Assembly (NCBI GenBank): GCA_964016885.1 | Contig: OZ024742.1 | Coordinates: 246,760,001 to 246,824,000 of the forward strand | Source: Eledone cirrhosa | Taxonomy: Eukaryota | DNA length: 64,000 nt | Direction of reading: 5' to 3' | In this document: positions 1 through 12,900 of the stretch, piece by piece | Layout: every line of letters begins with the position of its first letter | Position numbering within the stretch: the first letter of the stretch is position 1 | Position numbers and translations under genes: made by a program | Notes under the pieces: generated by a model | Databases searched by the model: none | Seen by the model: only the letters and a program-made list of their open reading frames with translations | What the model was told of the DNA's origin: nothing

Positions 1-138
1 ACACATATACATACACATTCTATTACGCTCAAATGTATACACAAATATATATTTATATCTATATACTTGGTAAACACACCTCTGTGCTAATGTGTCATGT
101 TGTACCCCGTTACCGAATGCAGCAGTCGATATCTCATC

Positions 139-300
<162 letters not shown>

Positions 301-361
301 ATATTAAAAACAACAACAGAAGGTCGGATTGGAAGCTTTATAAATGTTTATTCCACTAAAG

Positions 362-430
362 CACTATACATATTTCAATGAGCCAACTTCTTCTGAATAC
401 GATGCATGACTCAGGCGATTTCATCAGGTG
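362..430 (-). ncRNA. Type I hammerhead ribozyme-like motif in a probable PLE terminal fragment
   Basis: Minus strand: cac-CTGATGA-(aatcgcctgagtca...tggctcatt)-GAAA-TATGTATA-gtg; 3-bp stem I, bulged stem II. Confidence 0.55.
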
Positions 431-887
431 TTAATTGCAGAATTAGTTATATAAGAGAACAGGATTTTGGCGAACACATACAGAGACTAAGAAATAGAAA
501 ATAGGAGAAGGATTTCAATTCGGGGATGGCTCTCTGATTCCGTGTTATTCTAACGGCATGACATCGTTTACTAACCGGAATCACCAGTTTCACACTTTGA
601 AAACAATATATCATAAATGGTATATATCTTTCTATCCATCTCCCCATCATTCTAATCGACATTTTCCTGTCCTCCTCCTCTCCCCCCTCTCTCTATAATA
701 CCCTCATTCTAATCTCTCATTCTCCCTCTCTCTCTCACGCTCTCAGTTCGATTTATGGTTATATCTCCACCCCCACTTCACCCCCACCCCTCCACACACA
801 CACACCAGAAAAAGATTACTATGCAAATGGTATACGGTTAGTAACGGCTACTTTTCGCGCTGAGAATTCTCAAGTTTTACGAATATT

Positions 888-934
<47 letters not shown>

Positions 935-1287
935 ACACACATACACACACAAACACACACACACACACACACTTATATATATATGTATATATATGAAATG
1001 TTAAGTGTTACTTTTACATAATAGTTTCATAGCATTATATATATTTCAATGACATGGTTATGCAAAGGTTATGCCATTAACAGAATCCATGTGATAGCAT
1101 CAGATGCTCATACATTTATGAGGTGTATTTATGCAAGTATACAGATACGCCGTCGGTAACGTATCACCATCTCAGTGTGATACACTACTGACGTGAAGTG
1201 AATTTGTACTGTTTAAATCGGTTACAGCGTAACCGCGGCGTTACAGCGTCACCGCTATGAATAAGCACCATGACTATTTGCACTGCA

Positions 1288-1331
<44 letters not shown>

Positions 1332-1413
1332 AAAGTTCTATTTAAAATTGTTGGGATACAACAAGTAAATATTTTTTAACTGATATAAAGCACACGACAA
1401 ATTTTTGGAGTAG

Positions 1414-1777
1414 ATATACGATATTAATAAATGGAAACTATATTTATAAAACCATATTTATTTCATTATACATATTTCAGGGATACCACATTAAATTATG
1501 GTATGCCTTCATCAGACAAAATACAATATATAACAGTTTTACAAATAGGTTTGACGTACCCTTTAAAATACAACCATTACTTTTGGAGGCTGTCTGGATA
1601 GCCTCCAAAAGTAATGGTTGTATTTTAAAGGGTACGTCAAACCTATTTGTAAAACTGTTATATATTGTATTTTGTCTGATGAAGGCATACCATAATTTAA
1701 TGTGGTATCCCTGAAATATGTATAATGAAATAAATATGGTTTTATAAATATAGTTTCCATTTATTAATATCGTATAT
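1414..1777. repeat. Near-perfect ~364-bp palindrome (fold-back PLE pLTR-like element) between (TA)n tracts
   Basis: 1414-1591 is the reverse complement of 1600-1777; centre TGTCTGGATA; (TA)n at ~1290-1328 and from ~1773. Confidence 0.95.
1668..1732 (+). ncRNA. Type I hammerhead ribozyme motif (mirror copy at 1459-1523 on minus strand)
   Basis: tattttgt-CTGATGA(1676-1682)-aggcatacca...tggtatccct-GAAA(1713-1716)-TATGTATA-atgaaata; 8-bp stem I with two G-U pairs. Confidence 0.75.
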
Positions 1778-1780
1778 ATA

Positions 1781-1787
<7 letters not shown>

Positions 1788-1816
<29 letters not shown>

Positions 1817-1862
1817 TGTATGTATGTATGTATGTATGTATGTATGTATGTATGTATGTATG
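1788..1862. repeat. (TATG)n microsatellite
   Basis: Direct reading. Confidence 0.95.
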
Positions 1863-2235
1863 TTTATAATATGCGCGGGGACATAGAAATAGTCGGGCTG
1901 GACACCCGATCGCGAGGATAAACCACTGGGAGTGAAGGGTCCCTAGCCTTTGTCAGGGCATTCTTCTAGGAGAAGACAACTCAGGAAACTGGGATAACTC
2001 CGATATAAAATTTGCGGCTCAGTAGTTACCGATGATGTTGATCTTTTCTTCTTTTCGGGTTATAACTACTGTCACTCAGAGAGTGGGATTGGCTCAGTGC
2101 ACATTCTTTCCTCACTTTAAAAAATATCTGCACGCATAGGCTTTGCACGATAGGATTAATTAATAATTATTAATAATGGTATATCGTGCAATGGCCATAC
2201 TCGATAATGAGGGGACAGCCATCATGAATATAATA

Positions 2236-2831
2236 ATAATTGTTTCTACTTTTGGCACAAGGCCGGCAATTATATCAGTGCATTACTGGTGCTTTATTTT
2301 ATTGACCCCGTAAGGATGAAAGGCAAAGTAGACCTCGCCAGGATTTGAATTCAGACCGTAAAGAGACGTAATTCTATGCTGTAAACCATGGCATCCGACC
2401 TTCTACTGATACTGCCAATCCACATAATAATGGTTTCTTATATAGGCACAAGGCCAGCAATTTTGGGGGAGGGGAAAGTCGATTAAATCGACCCCAGTGC
2501 GTGACTGGTACTTTATTCTATCGACCCCGTAAGGATGAAAGGCAAAGTTAATCTCCACAGGATTTGAACTCAGACCGTAAAGGGCCGTAATTCTATGCTG
2601 TAAAGCATGGCATCCGACCCTCTACTGATACTGCCAATCCACATAATAATAATTGTCTCTACTTTTGGCACAATAAGCAATAATCCAGTGCATTACTAGT
2701 ACTTTATTTTATTGACCCCATAAGGATGAAAAGCAAAGTTAACCTCCGCGGCATTTGAACTCAGAATGGCAAGGGCCGTAACTATGCGTCAAAAAATGGC
2801 GTCCGACCCTCTACTGATACTGCCAATCCAC
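2236..2831 (-). mobile_element. Three tandem tRNA-derived SINE copies (family A, ~190-215 bp each)
   Basis: Each reads on minus strand: TGGCAGTATC (A-box-like), GAGTTCAAATCC (B box), core GCCTTTCATCCTTACGGGGTCGATAAAATAAAGTACCAG, tail GCCTTGTGCCAAAAGTAGAAACAATTATT. Confidence 0.9.
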
Positions 2832-3108
2832 AACAATAATAACAATGAATAACCAGTTAGGATTCATGGAGGTTGAACATCATCTAGCCTTTTGGATTAC
2901 CGATTGACCAAGGATACTGATTAGCATCGAACTTCTATAATCTTCACCACCGAGGACTGGAATAGTTCCTTTATTTTCCTCGGAAGAAGAGATATTAATC
3001 TCGCTATAACAGGACATATGAATAAATTATGGTAAACAAACAAGCCCTGTTTCTTACTATTTAATTATTCTCCGTCTAAACCTGCATTGTCGTGGCTTTC
3101 AAACTTCG

Positions 3109-3178
<70 letters not shown>

Positions 3179-3185
<7 letters not shown>

Positions 3186-3628
3186 TATGTACACGTACAT
3201 ACATATATGTATAGAGATGTACAGTAGTATGTATATATATATACGTACATGCACACATATGTACATGTACGTATGGATTCACCGAACATTTATTATAATG
3301 CTCGGTGCGTTTGTAAACAAACATCTCGTATTAAGCCGTAGTGTCTAGCAACCATCGTTGCTCGTTTGTTCAACACTGACAAAGGAACGCTGTACTAGTT
3401 TCAAGCTTATTAGCTATCGACAGCAACGTATACCTTCCTGCCAGATTGTTGAACGTCTGAAAGTATATACTTACCTTATGCATATTAACGGCTGAGTAGC
3501 CCAATTTGCATATCGAGTGGGTTAATCGGCCGGGTGCACTGAAAACGATAAACGGAAAAAATGAAACGAAATTTCATTTCCCACTCTTAGTACGGCTGTT
3601 ACTTAAATATAAGTATGTACACGTACAT
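3179..3628 (-). mobile_element. Retrozyme-like ~428-bp unit, copy 1 (hammerhead core mutated to CTGTCGA), ~20-bp terminal redundancy
   Basis: Reverse complement of the 38621-39160 unit; AAGTATGTACACGTACAT at both 3183 and 3611; abuts (TA)n 3112-3182. Confidence 0.75.
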
Positions 3629-3847
3629 GTGTGTGTGTAGTGCGTAAAGAGACAGATCAATAAAAACGAAAACAATAAAGAATACGGTAAAATTAAAGGA
3701 CACCTTGTGTGTCTTTGTTCACTATGTTACAAACACCCTCAGGTCCATCCCCTGTCTAACCTATCTTCACCAATTCACCAAGACTAAGCTACTGGATTAT
3801 CAGCAATGACAGATTTTACAAATTATATATGTATATATATATATATA

Positions 3848-4036
3848 ACTGTTTCTATTTTAGGCACAAGGCCAGCAATTACCCCGTACATTACTGGTAC
3901 TTTATTTTATCGACCCCGACAGGATGAAAGGCAAAGTTAATCTCGGCGGGATTGGGATTTGAATTCAGATCATAAAGGGACGTAACTCTATGCTTCAAAG
4001 CATGGTGTCCGATTCTCTACCGATACTGCCAATCCA
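3848..4036 (-). mobile_element. SINE family A
   Basis: Same core and boxes as 2236-2831. Confidence 0.9.
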
Positions 4037-4509
4037 ATATATATATAACGTTCCAATACGTTACCAAGACTGCCTAACTGTTTGTCTTGTTTACACTCTT
4101 TATTTTCGCTTCTTTTTCTTTACTTGAACTTCTTTTATTTCTGTTTCTCCTTTGTAATCCTGTCCCTATTTTGTACACCTGTACTCGATCTTTCCATCCA
4201 CGTTTTCATATAAAGAGTGAAAATAATAAGACATTTTGTACCACTCTTTGTTGTGTCCTTATATATATATACGAAATTTCTATACTTGAATACAGCTATG
4301 CCTGAAGCTAAATACTATATATATATACATATACATATATATGTTTGTAAATGTACATATACTTGTATGTATGTATATTTATGTATGTATGGGTATGTAT
4401 ATGTTCATTTGTATATATATAAATGTATATGTGTATGTTATGCGTGTAGGTGTATGCGTGCGTATGTGTATATATGTGTGTATATGTATGCATTTATAAT
4501 ATATTGCAT

Positions 4510-4700
<191 letters not shown>

Positions 4701-5314
4701 CACAGTTCTAGAGTAAACCAATCTTAAAGAGAGGGATGGAGATAGGAGAGGAGAAGAGAGATTGGTGAAGTTGTTAGAAGCCAAAAGCGTAAAGGCATGT
4801 GCTCAATGTGCAATATGGAGTGGAAGGCAGCCAGAGGGCTGGTTTCATGCAGAGATTAGGTGCACAGAGCTGGAAATATTCATTAGTTAAGCAAAACAAG
4901 AAACAAAATTCACAAGGAAGACGTTATTTAAAGAGTGTCAACATAGTTGCAGTTTAATGTAAGGAATAAGGTGTGTAATTATAGTTTAATGTAAAGAATA
5001 AGGAATATAAAGTAAAGGGAATAATCACAATAATAATAATAATGTCCGTTTATAATTGTTTCGCTACTCCATATAATGTTTCTGGATCAATTGATTATAG
5101 ATAATTATTGGTCTGGTTCAGATGAAGATAAGTAACTTAGGTAATATTATGGAGCGGCTCTTCAGAACTTCAAATGAGATAATGAAAATATTGATAAAGA
5201 TAAGATGGAATAAGGAATATAAAGTAAAGTAAAGGAAGATGGTTACATGAGTGTAATGTTCCCTAAATCTTAACTAAACTTACTCGTACTATTTTAATAA
5301 CGTCTTTTTCGTGT

Positions 5315-5645
5315 AACAGCTTTATTTACATTTTTCTTAAACTCCGGAGTTGAGAATCATTCGCTTATTATAAATAGAATTTTAGTCTAATTGACTCCAT
5401 TTATACCATAAACGTGGTTTTGTCTTTGCGTGTAATTGTTCTCATCGTTCCACATAACGACGTATTATCCTCGCTTTTTCCCGTTCATTGCCAGGGAACG
5501 TCTTCACGAACCAAAGTATCGTCTTCCTGTTTTCCTCCGGCTGCAACGTTTTTCGGAATATTTACTTCTGCGTCCACAAATTGATTTTTTTCAGTTTCAG
5601 AAGGTCCCGTTAAGGGTGAAACCAGCCATCCTTTTTATCCTTTCA
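5315..5645 (+). mobile_element. PLE 3' UTR/pLTR fragment (family of 49411-51736)
   Basis: Matches 51490-51700 (e.g. ACGAACCAAAGTATCGTCTTCCTG, CCCGTTAAGGGTGAAA); ends at (TA)n. Confidence 0.8.
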
Positions 5646-5706
5646 ATATATATATATATATATACATATATGTATGTATAAATATATATGTGTATGTGTG
5701 TGTATA

Positions 5707-5753
<47 letters not shown>

Positions 5754-6077
5754 TAATAAATTTACGAAATCTCACTACCACAAGATGTTTCCTGCTACAT
5801 ATGGTTGTTCAACCACTTTCTTACTCAATATTTGCTAAAATATATTTAGAAGTAATGTATACTCATAGATATTTAGTAGAATGGCGGCAGTAATTGAACA
5901 CACCAATTAGGGTAATCAATAAAATTAATTAATACAACGAACATCAACCAATTAATAAATCGATTAATAAAAATATCAAAGATATATATATATATATATA
6001 TATATATAAAGATATATATATTTACATACATACACACACACACATATATATATATTTATATATATATTTACATACAT

Positions 6078-6108
<31 letters not shown>

Positions 6109-6426
6109 CAGAAACACACACACATATGTATTCTGTATGCATGTGCTTATATCTATCCATCTATCTCTGTATGTATATATAGAACCTTAGATTGTTTTAT
6201 ATCTCGGGAATTTTACCCGTCCTATATATATATATATATATATTTAATACATTAACAGAGAAAGCCTTAAGCGATACTCTGACCAACTCCATCTCACTCT
6301 ACAAACATTAGGATATACCTAAGTATTTTCCCAATTTAGTGTTTGGGGTGCTAACTAATCAGTATTTCGTGGATAGCGGGTTGTATTATTTTATATGAGA
6401 CATTATAAAATAAATATCTCTTTCCT

Positions 6427-6550
6427 TCCAGACGGCCGTTTCGTTATAAGATTTCTACAATTTGGGATAAATAATTTCCAGGTTATGTAGAAACTTGTAT
6501 ATAATCCATAGTTTTATACACAAGCGGGATCTTATAAACTCATCAGTGGA
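6427..6550 (-). ncRNA. Type I hammerhead ribozyme motif with ~95-nt stem II insertion
   Basis: Minus strand: tcca-CTGATGA-gtttataagat...atcttataac-GAAA-CGGCC-GTC-tgga; palindromic ACGGCCGT stem III, GUC site; lies in a ~375-bp segment flanked by (TA)n. Confidence 0.7.
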
Positions 6551-6620
6551 TGCCCAAATAATATCGATATAAGAATTACATCGACATTAATAGATTAGTG
6601 ATGGTCTCCTTCAGCGCTAA

Positions 6621-6654
<34 letters not shown>

Positions 6655-6739
6655 CATGTTTGGAATACATGCATGCACATATTTTTAGGCGAAGGTACAA
6701 TGAGAACTCCACCTACCAGTCTTATTGTATATGGAGGCT

Positions 6740-6930
6740 CTATGACCAATAGCATTAAATGGGACATTCTGGAAAGAGCACCTTCATGCCACTCCGGAGA
6801 GCGAAACTGTCAAATTTGTGTTCGTAAAAGTTGCGTATACTGCAGCAATCTGCGATATCCACAAACTGACCCAACGTTTTGCTTCCCCTGCAGAAGCTCT
6901 ATATCATCCAACTTTAAACTACTGGCCTCT
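6740..6930 (+). pseudogene. Decayed PLE GIY-YIG C-terminal fragment
   Basis: IKWDILERAPSCHSGERNCQIC parallels WSILDHSREYQRGTKNCSLC of the 60449-61630 ORF. Confidence 0.65.
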
Positions 6931-7149
6931 GACATCTTACAAAGACCATTTTATCTACATCCAAATCACGCAGGACTTAGTGGTAAATGTGTTGGACTTA
7001 CGATCATAATGTCGTAGGTTGGTTTTTTTGACTGGGTTGTGTGTAGTGCTCTTGAACAAAATACTTCCTTTCCCGTTGCTCCAGTATTCTGATGATGTTG
7101 GAAAAACAGAAGTTTGTCGACTGGAGAAAAGAAAAGAAAACAACATTTC

Positions 7150-7310
7150 TATAAGATGGGTGAGGATGGCTGAGGTCACAAGGGCAATTAAAAATATCAA
7201 ATATGGCGAGGCCGCTGGTCAGGGTGGAGTTCAGCCCGGCATGTTAAAGCCTTAAATATAGAAGGCATTCTGTAGCTGACTCGTGTGTGCTGAGTGGCCT
7301 GCACCTCTGA
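7150..7310 (+). pseudogene. RTE-like LINE fragment (region just before RT)
   Basis: EVTRAIKNIKYGEAAGQGGVQPGMLK resembles the EV..AI..LK.GKAAG.D.I.PEMLK motif. Confidence 0.55.
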
Positions 7311-7358
7311 TTTTATCCGACGGCAGGAGCTCAATCTTCGAGCAGTAAGTCATTATAA

Positions 7359-7820
7359 TCTATATATATAAAACTGATGTTGTCTGTGTGTGTCCTCATT
7401 TTTTGCAATGTCTATACAAATCCGCATTTCTACTCCGATTGACTTCAAACATGCATTTATATATTCCTTGCCGTCTAAAGATATTAACTGCAGCTTTTAT
7501 TTTTCAATTTTCTGTTGTTAAAGGGGTGTTAGGCGCCGGTTATCCATCTCCGTCGCGCTCTTATAATATCTGTCTGTATGCCTGGCTGTCTGCATTACGA
7601 CATACTGACGAACATTGCTGACGTATTATGTTCGCTATCATCCGTTCGTTGCCAGGGAACGTCTTCACGAACCAAATTATCATCTTTCTGTTTTCCTTCG
7701 GTTGCAACGTTTTTCGAAATATTTACTTCTGCGTTCACAGATTGATATTTTTAGTTTCAGAAGATCCCGTTAAGGGTGAAAGTAGCGATTCTTTGCTTAA
7801 ACTTTAATCTGTTATTTTAA
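7359..7820 (+). mobile_element. Helitron-like 5' segment joined to a PLE pLTR fragment (~7640-7820)
   Basis: Starts A|TCTATATATATAAAACTG like the other Helitrons here; 7640-7820 matches 51555-51735. Confidence 0.65.
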
Positions 7821-8462
7821 TCTATATATGTATATATATAAAACTGAGGAAGGATATATGTATGTATGTGTGTATGTGTGTGTGTGTGTGTGCAACCCGA
7901 GATGTACTCAACCGATCTTTTTCAAACTTTACATGTGTATTACTTATATTTCAGGGAGTGTTATGCACAAATTCAACTTTTTGATCTCCTATTAGGTGAA
8001 AAACTGCGTTTTTTTCAGCTTTTTATGGGTTTATTTTTAGGCGTTACGTCAGACCGATTTCCTTGAAATTGTAACTATGATTTAGTTAGTTTCTTCTTCA
8101 TACCGTGAGCAAAGAAAATCCAACTTTTTTATGGCCTAGGGCCCGCATTAGGTGAAAAACTTCATTTTTTTCAGCTTTTTAGCGCTTTTTTGAGGCGTTA
8201 CGTCTAGCCGATTTACCCGAAATTTCAGGGCATATTATGCACATAAAAAAATTCACTTTCTTGATCCCCTAGGGCCCGCATTAGGTGAAAACCTGCCTTT
8301 TTCCTGCTTCATCGAGGAAAATCTTAGATTATCCAGCCATCAGAGAATTCGGTTTATTTTCTTTACATATTGTCCAGGAATGCAGTTTTTCCACGATTAG
8401 GTCTGTTGGCGGCCCGCGTTTCAAAATACCTTATCCCGGGAAACGCCGGGTACCACTGCTAG
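7821..8462 (+). mobile_element. Non-autonomous Helitron
   Basis: A|TC start, 3' hairpin CCCGGGAAACGCCGGG, then CTAG|T; internal ATTAGGTGAAAA repeats x3. Confidence 0.8.
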
Positions 8463-9134
8463 TATATATATATACTGCCGAGATGAAACTGAGACACTGA
8501 ACTTTCCAATACTCACAATATTTGTATGTGCATGTATATAATTATGTGTATATATGCGCGGTATGTGTGGCTATATGTGTGTGCATGTGTGTGTATATGT
8601 GTATGTTTATGGGTATATGAATGTATCTATGTGTGTATGTGCGTGTATGTGTGAGTATGTGTGTATGTGTGTGTATGTGTGTATGTGTGTGCATGTGTAT
8701 ATAAGTGTGTGTATGGGTGTATATGTATACAGGGTAACCTAGTTCTATGTATGCATGTATTTACCAATCTATCTGTCTCCGACCCTCTCTCTTTCCATCT
8801 ACCTAGCTAGTTATCTCCCTATCTAACAACAAGGCAAGAATCGCAATGGATGCCTGTACATAGATAGGTACATACACAGAAAAAAGTAATTGCAATTTAG
8901 TGGGTATATGTTTAATAATCATTAAAGAAAATGTGGAATAAAATTATTGTAATTGATTTAATTTAAACGCATATAAAATGAAACACTGCTATGGCCCGAG
9001 TTACAAGGGGCAGGTCACTGATAATTGAATTCAACATTTTTACAGAGAGTGTTGTAATCAAGGAATAATTAAATATCTTTTTACTATAAATTTTTGACGG
9101 GTACTATGCTAATATATAAATAAATATCCAAACA

Positions 9135-9290
<156 letters not shown>

Positions 9291-9667
9291 CATAAAATAC
9301 AAATGACGTGACTCCACGCAGATTCGGTCTACCAAATTTCGCTCACACGGCAATTGGTCAATAGGGAAAGAAATAACGATAGTTATATAGAGAGATAGAG
9401 AGGGAGATAGAGAGATAGAGAGGGAGAGAGATAGAGAGGGAGAGATAGAGATAGATAGAGAGATATATAGATAGATAGAGAGAGAATGATTGTGGAAGGG
9501 AGAGAGGAAGGAGGGACAAAAGGAAGTGTTAGAATTATTATTCATAGTTAGAGATAAACTTGATGATGTCCTTCAATGTTAGACTTGATCAGATAATTAT
9601 CGATCTATCTATCTTTGGCTGCCAATCAGTACTTTCTTATCTGGAGAACATCGGTGGAACATCACAG

Positions 9668-10470
9668 ATGGTGATGATGATAATGACGACGGTGCTGCTG
9701 ATGGCGATAATGATGATGATGATGGTGATGATGATTATGATGGTGATGGTGATGGTGGTGATGGTGATGATGGAGGTGATGGTGGTGATGGTGATGGTGG
9801 TGATGGTGGTGATGGTGATGATAATGATGATGATGATGATTATGATGATGGTGATGATGATGATGATGGTGATGGTGGTGGTGATTGATGGTGGTGGTGA
9901 TGAGGATGATGATGATAATGATGGTGGTGACGATGGTGGTGGTGAATGTGGTGGTGGTGACGATGGTGGTGGTGGTGATGATGATGGTGGTGATGATGAT
10001 GGTGGTGGTGATGATGGTGGTGATGATGATGGTGGTGGTGATGGTGGTGGTGATGGTGGTGGTGATGATGATGGTGGTGATGGTGGTGGTGGTGATGATG
10101 ATGGAGGTGGTGATGATGATGATGGTGGTGATGGTGGTGGTGGTGATGATGGTGATGATGGTGGTGGTGATGATGGTGGTGGTGATGATGGTGATGATGG
10201 TGATGATGGTGGTGATGGTGGTGGTGGTGATGATGATGGAGGTGGTGATGGAGGTGGTGGTGATGATGGTGGTGATGACGATGGTGGTGATGATGATGGG
10301 GGTGATGGTGATGGTGGTGATGGTGATGGTGGTGATGATGGTGGTGATGGTGGTGGTGATGTGGTGATGATGGTGGTGATGATGGTGGTGATGACGATGG
10401 TGGTTGTGATGATGGTGGTGGTGATGATGGTGGGGATGGTGATGGTGGTGATGGTGATGGTGGTGATGAT
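9668..10470. repeat. Compound (GAT)n/(GGT)n trinucleotide array
   Basis: Direct reading; ORFs in several frames are low-complexity artefacts. Confidence 0.95.
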
Positions 10471-11149
10471 AAGGATATTTGGAAGCATCAGCCACTAGAT
10501 AGTAATAAACATATCACCAATATCTTCTCATTTACCTTTCAATATTATAATATTATATTACCTTTATTGTGGTCTGTTTGTCTCTCTCTCCCCCCTCTCT
10601 TTAGCAAATAGAGAAAAAGTTTTAAAATAAATTTTAAAAAGTTTGCTGTACTTACTATATGTACCCTTACCGCGCGGTTTCAAATCCCAAAATAAATGGA
10701 TAATCCAGGCGGACCAGCATTGAGAAGGGGATTCTCGTCAGAAGGTTCTTCTCGCTCGGAGAATATAAAATTGCCGAGTTCAAATCACAAACTGCCGCCA
10801 TACAAAACTGTTCCCAGATGAGAGTGAATGAGGAAGGGACCAATTCTGTCTAGTGCCGTGTGTAAAGACAGAAGGCAAGGGTGGACAGGTCAATGTCCTG
10901 CCACTAGAAATAGCAGCAGTTCAAACAACATATATATAAATCAAAATTTAATATAAAAATGATGGCTTCTACAGGACTAGAACTGTTTCATTCGAAAGAG
11001 TGTCTTTACACAGTCGTATGTTACTAAGGTGCTCGGCAAATCGGTCCGCTAGACGGCATCCTATCTGTCCGATGTAGAAGGACCCACAAAGAGAACACCG
11101 TAGGGCGTAGACGACGTTGTGGATGACCTTGATCTCATGACAGTTTTAA

Positions 11150-12345
11150 ATCCTTTTCAGTTCCCACTTTAAATCCTGGTACCGGTTAATTTTCTCCATC
11201 TACTTTTCTTGCACTCTTGTGTCAAAGGGCCAAGCTACAACTATAATGAAGCTAGATTTCTTTTTCTTGTCAAAAACCACCAGGCCAGGCCTATTGTATT
11301 TTAATGCTTTGTCCGTTTGTATCCTGGAATCCCATAGCACTTTCACCCGGTGGTTTTCTATCACCGACTCTGGTTTATGCTTATACCATTTCTGAGAATA
11401 AGGTAATTTGTTCAGTTTGCATAAATGGCAGTGAATCACTTTTCCTATGGATTGCCTCTATCCTTTATAGTGAGTCTGGCTAGAGTTCATACAGAGAGGG
11501 CTAGCGTTCCCCTTGTCTGTGAGGTGTTTCATTCACTTCGCTCAAAGGGCTTGCTCCTGTGCAGCCAGTAGCATTCCCTCTGTGACTTTCTGAAGGCATA
11601 CTTTGTTTAACCAGTTCCATATCTGCGGATCTCTGAATTCGGTTTTCTTTAAAAAGATGCCTGGAAGGGCGATTTCATTTAGGTTGTTCCTCTTCTTTGT
11701 TGTTACTTGTTTCTTGGACATACCCTGGTCTATTGGTTCCTACTCCAATACAGCCTAAAGCACTGTCTCGTCTCAACAAGTGGATTCAACTCCTTCTAGC
11801 TCTTCTAGAAGAGTTTTAGGTTGCACATGAAGAGGGGTGGTTGATGGTAAACACTCTTCTTTCCAGTTCGTATCCTGCCTTAACTCTTTACAATGATATG
11901 AGACAAGGGTATGAGGGTAATGAAAAGCAATAAAGGAGATAGACTATCTTCTTTGAAGATACCTCTCTTGATTTCATGCTTCCCAAGGATTCTCCCGCTG
12001 ATATTACCTATGTCTCCCAGGTCTACATGCTATTACTTGAAAATGTCCAGACAATTGATTATCCAATAATGAGAAACCATATGGTATACCTTCTTGTAAT
12101 CTATACATCCCATGGCAAGACCAATATGCTTCTTCTTGCAGTTCCTTATAATCGTCTTGTCAATAAGTAACTGGGCTTTTGTACTTCGGAACATCATTCG
12201 GAATCCTTTTTGTTCCTCCAGCAATAGGTTGTTTATGTCTAGGTGGTGGCAGATTTCCGCAGACATAGTGCTTCTTAGTAATTTCCACATGAAGGACAGA
12301 CATGTGATAGGCCTCTAGTTGATAACGTCATTTCTGGGTCATAGC
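11150..12345 (-). mobile_element. Decayed R4/Dong-like non-LTR retrotransposon (RT plus restriction-like endonuclease)
   Basis: MWKLL..EEQKG.R...TK.QLLIDK...IDYKK.Y.MV.H.WI (RT); TEGMLLAAQEQAL; KVLWD.RIQTD....NRP (RLE); stops and deletions. Confidence 0.8.
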
Positions 12346-12499
12346 TGCCTTTGTTAAACAGATTGGGCCTCTAATATGTGGCAAAGTTAGGAAAATGATA
12401 TGTGGTCAGGAGGGGTCAGTACGGATTTGCAAGCACACAGTATCTCACAGCACCACAAGACCATTCAAGAGCTGTCCACTAATAGGGTGCAGAGTCAAA

Positions 12500-12900
12500 C
12501 GCAATATGTACAGTAATGTGTACTCTATTGTACAGAGGGATATTGTACACAACTATACAATGTAGTACAAACTATACTGTACTGTATATATCTCTATACA
12601 ACAGTTCATTAAAGTTTTGTAGAGTACTAAACTGCATACTATACAACTATAAAGTACTGTAAACCACAGCACAGACCAGTACATACACAACTATACTGTA
12701 CAGGACAGCCAAACAAAGCTATACAGTATAATACATAACTATAGAGTACAGTACACGACTATACAGTACTGTGCAATACTGCCGGCACATTATAGTTTAA
12801 TAAAGTATAGTAGACAATTATACAGTACAGTACAATAAAACATGTACTGTGATGCACTGTATAGGTGTGTTTAACTTAGTCATATACTGTTCAGTACGTG
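12500..12900 (-). repeat. Degenerate AGTAC/GTACT pentamer array
   Basis: Repeated tacagtac, agtac and atact words, largely opposite in orientation to the main satellite. Confidence 0.6.

Noticed and set aside
1165-1179. 15-mer CACCATCTCAGTGTG shared with 35101-35115
   Set aside because: A 15-bp match is expected by chance in a window this size and the flanks do not clearly align
1880-2225. Possible RTE-related non-autonomous element
   Set aside because: Only a vague resemblance and no second copy in the window
9560-10498. Gly/Asp-, His- or Ser/Pro-rich proteins
   Set aside because: Trinucleotide repeat open in several frames on both strands; no splice or domain evidence
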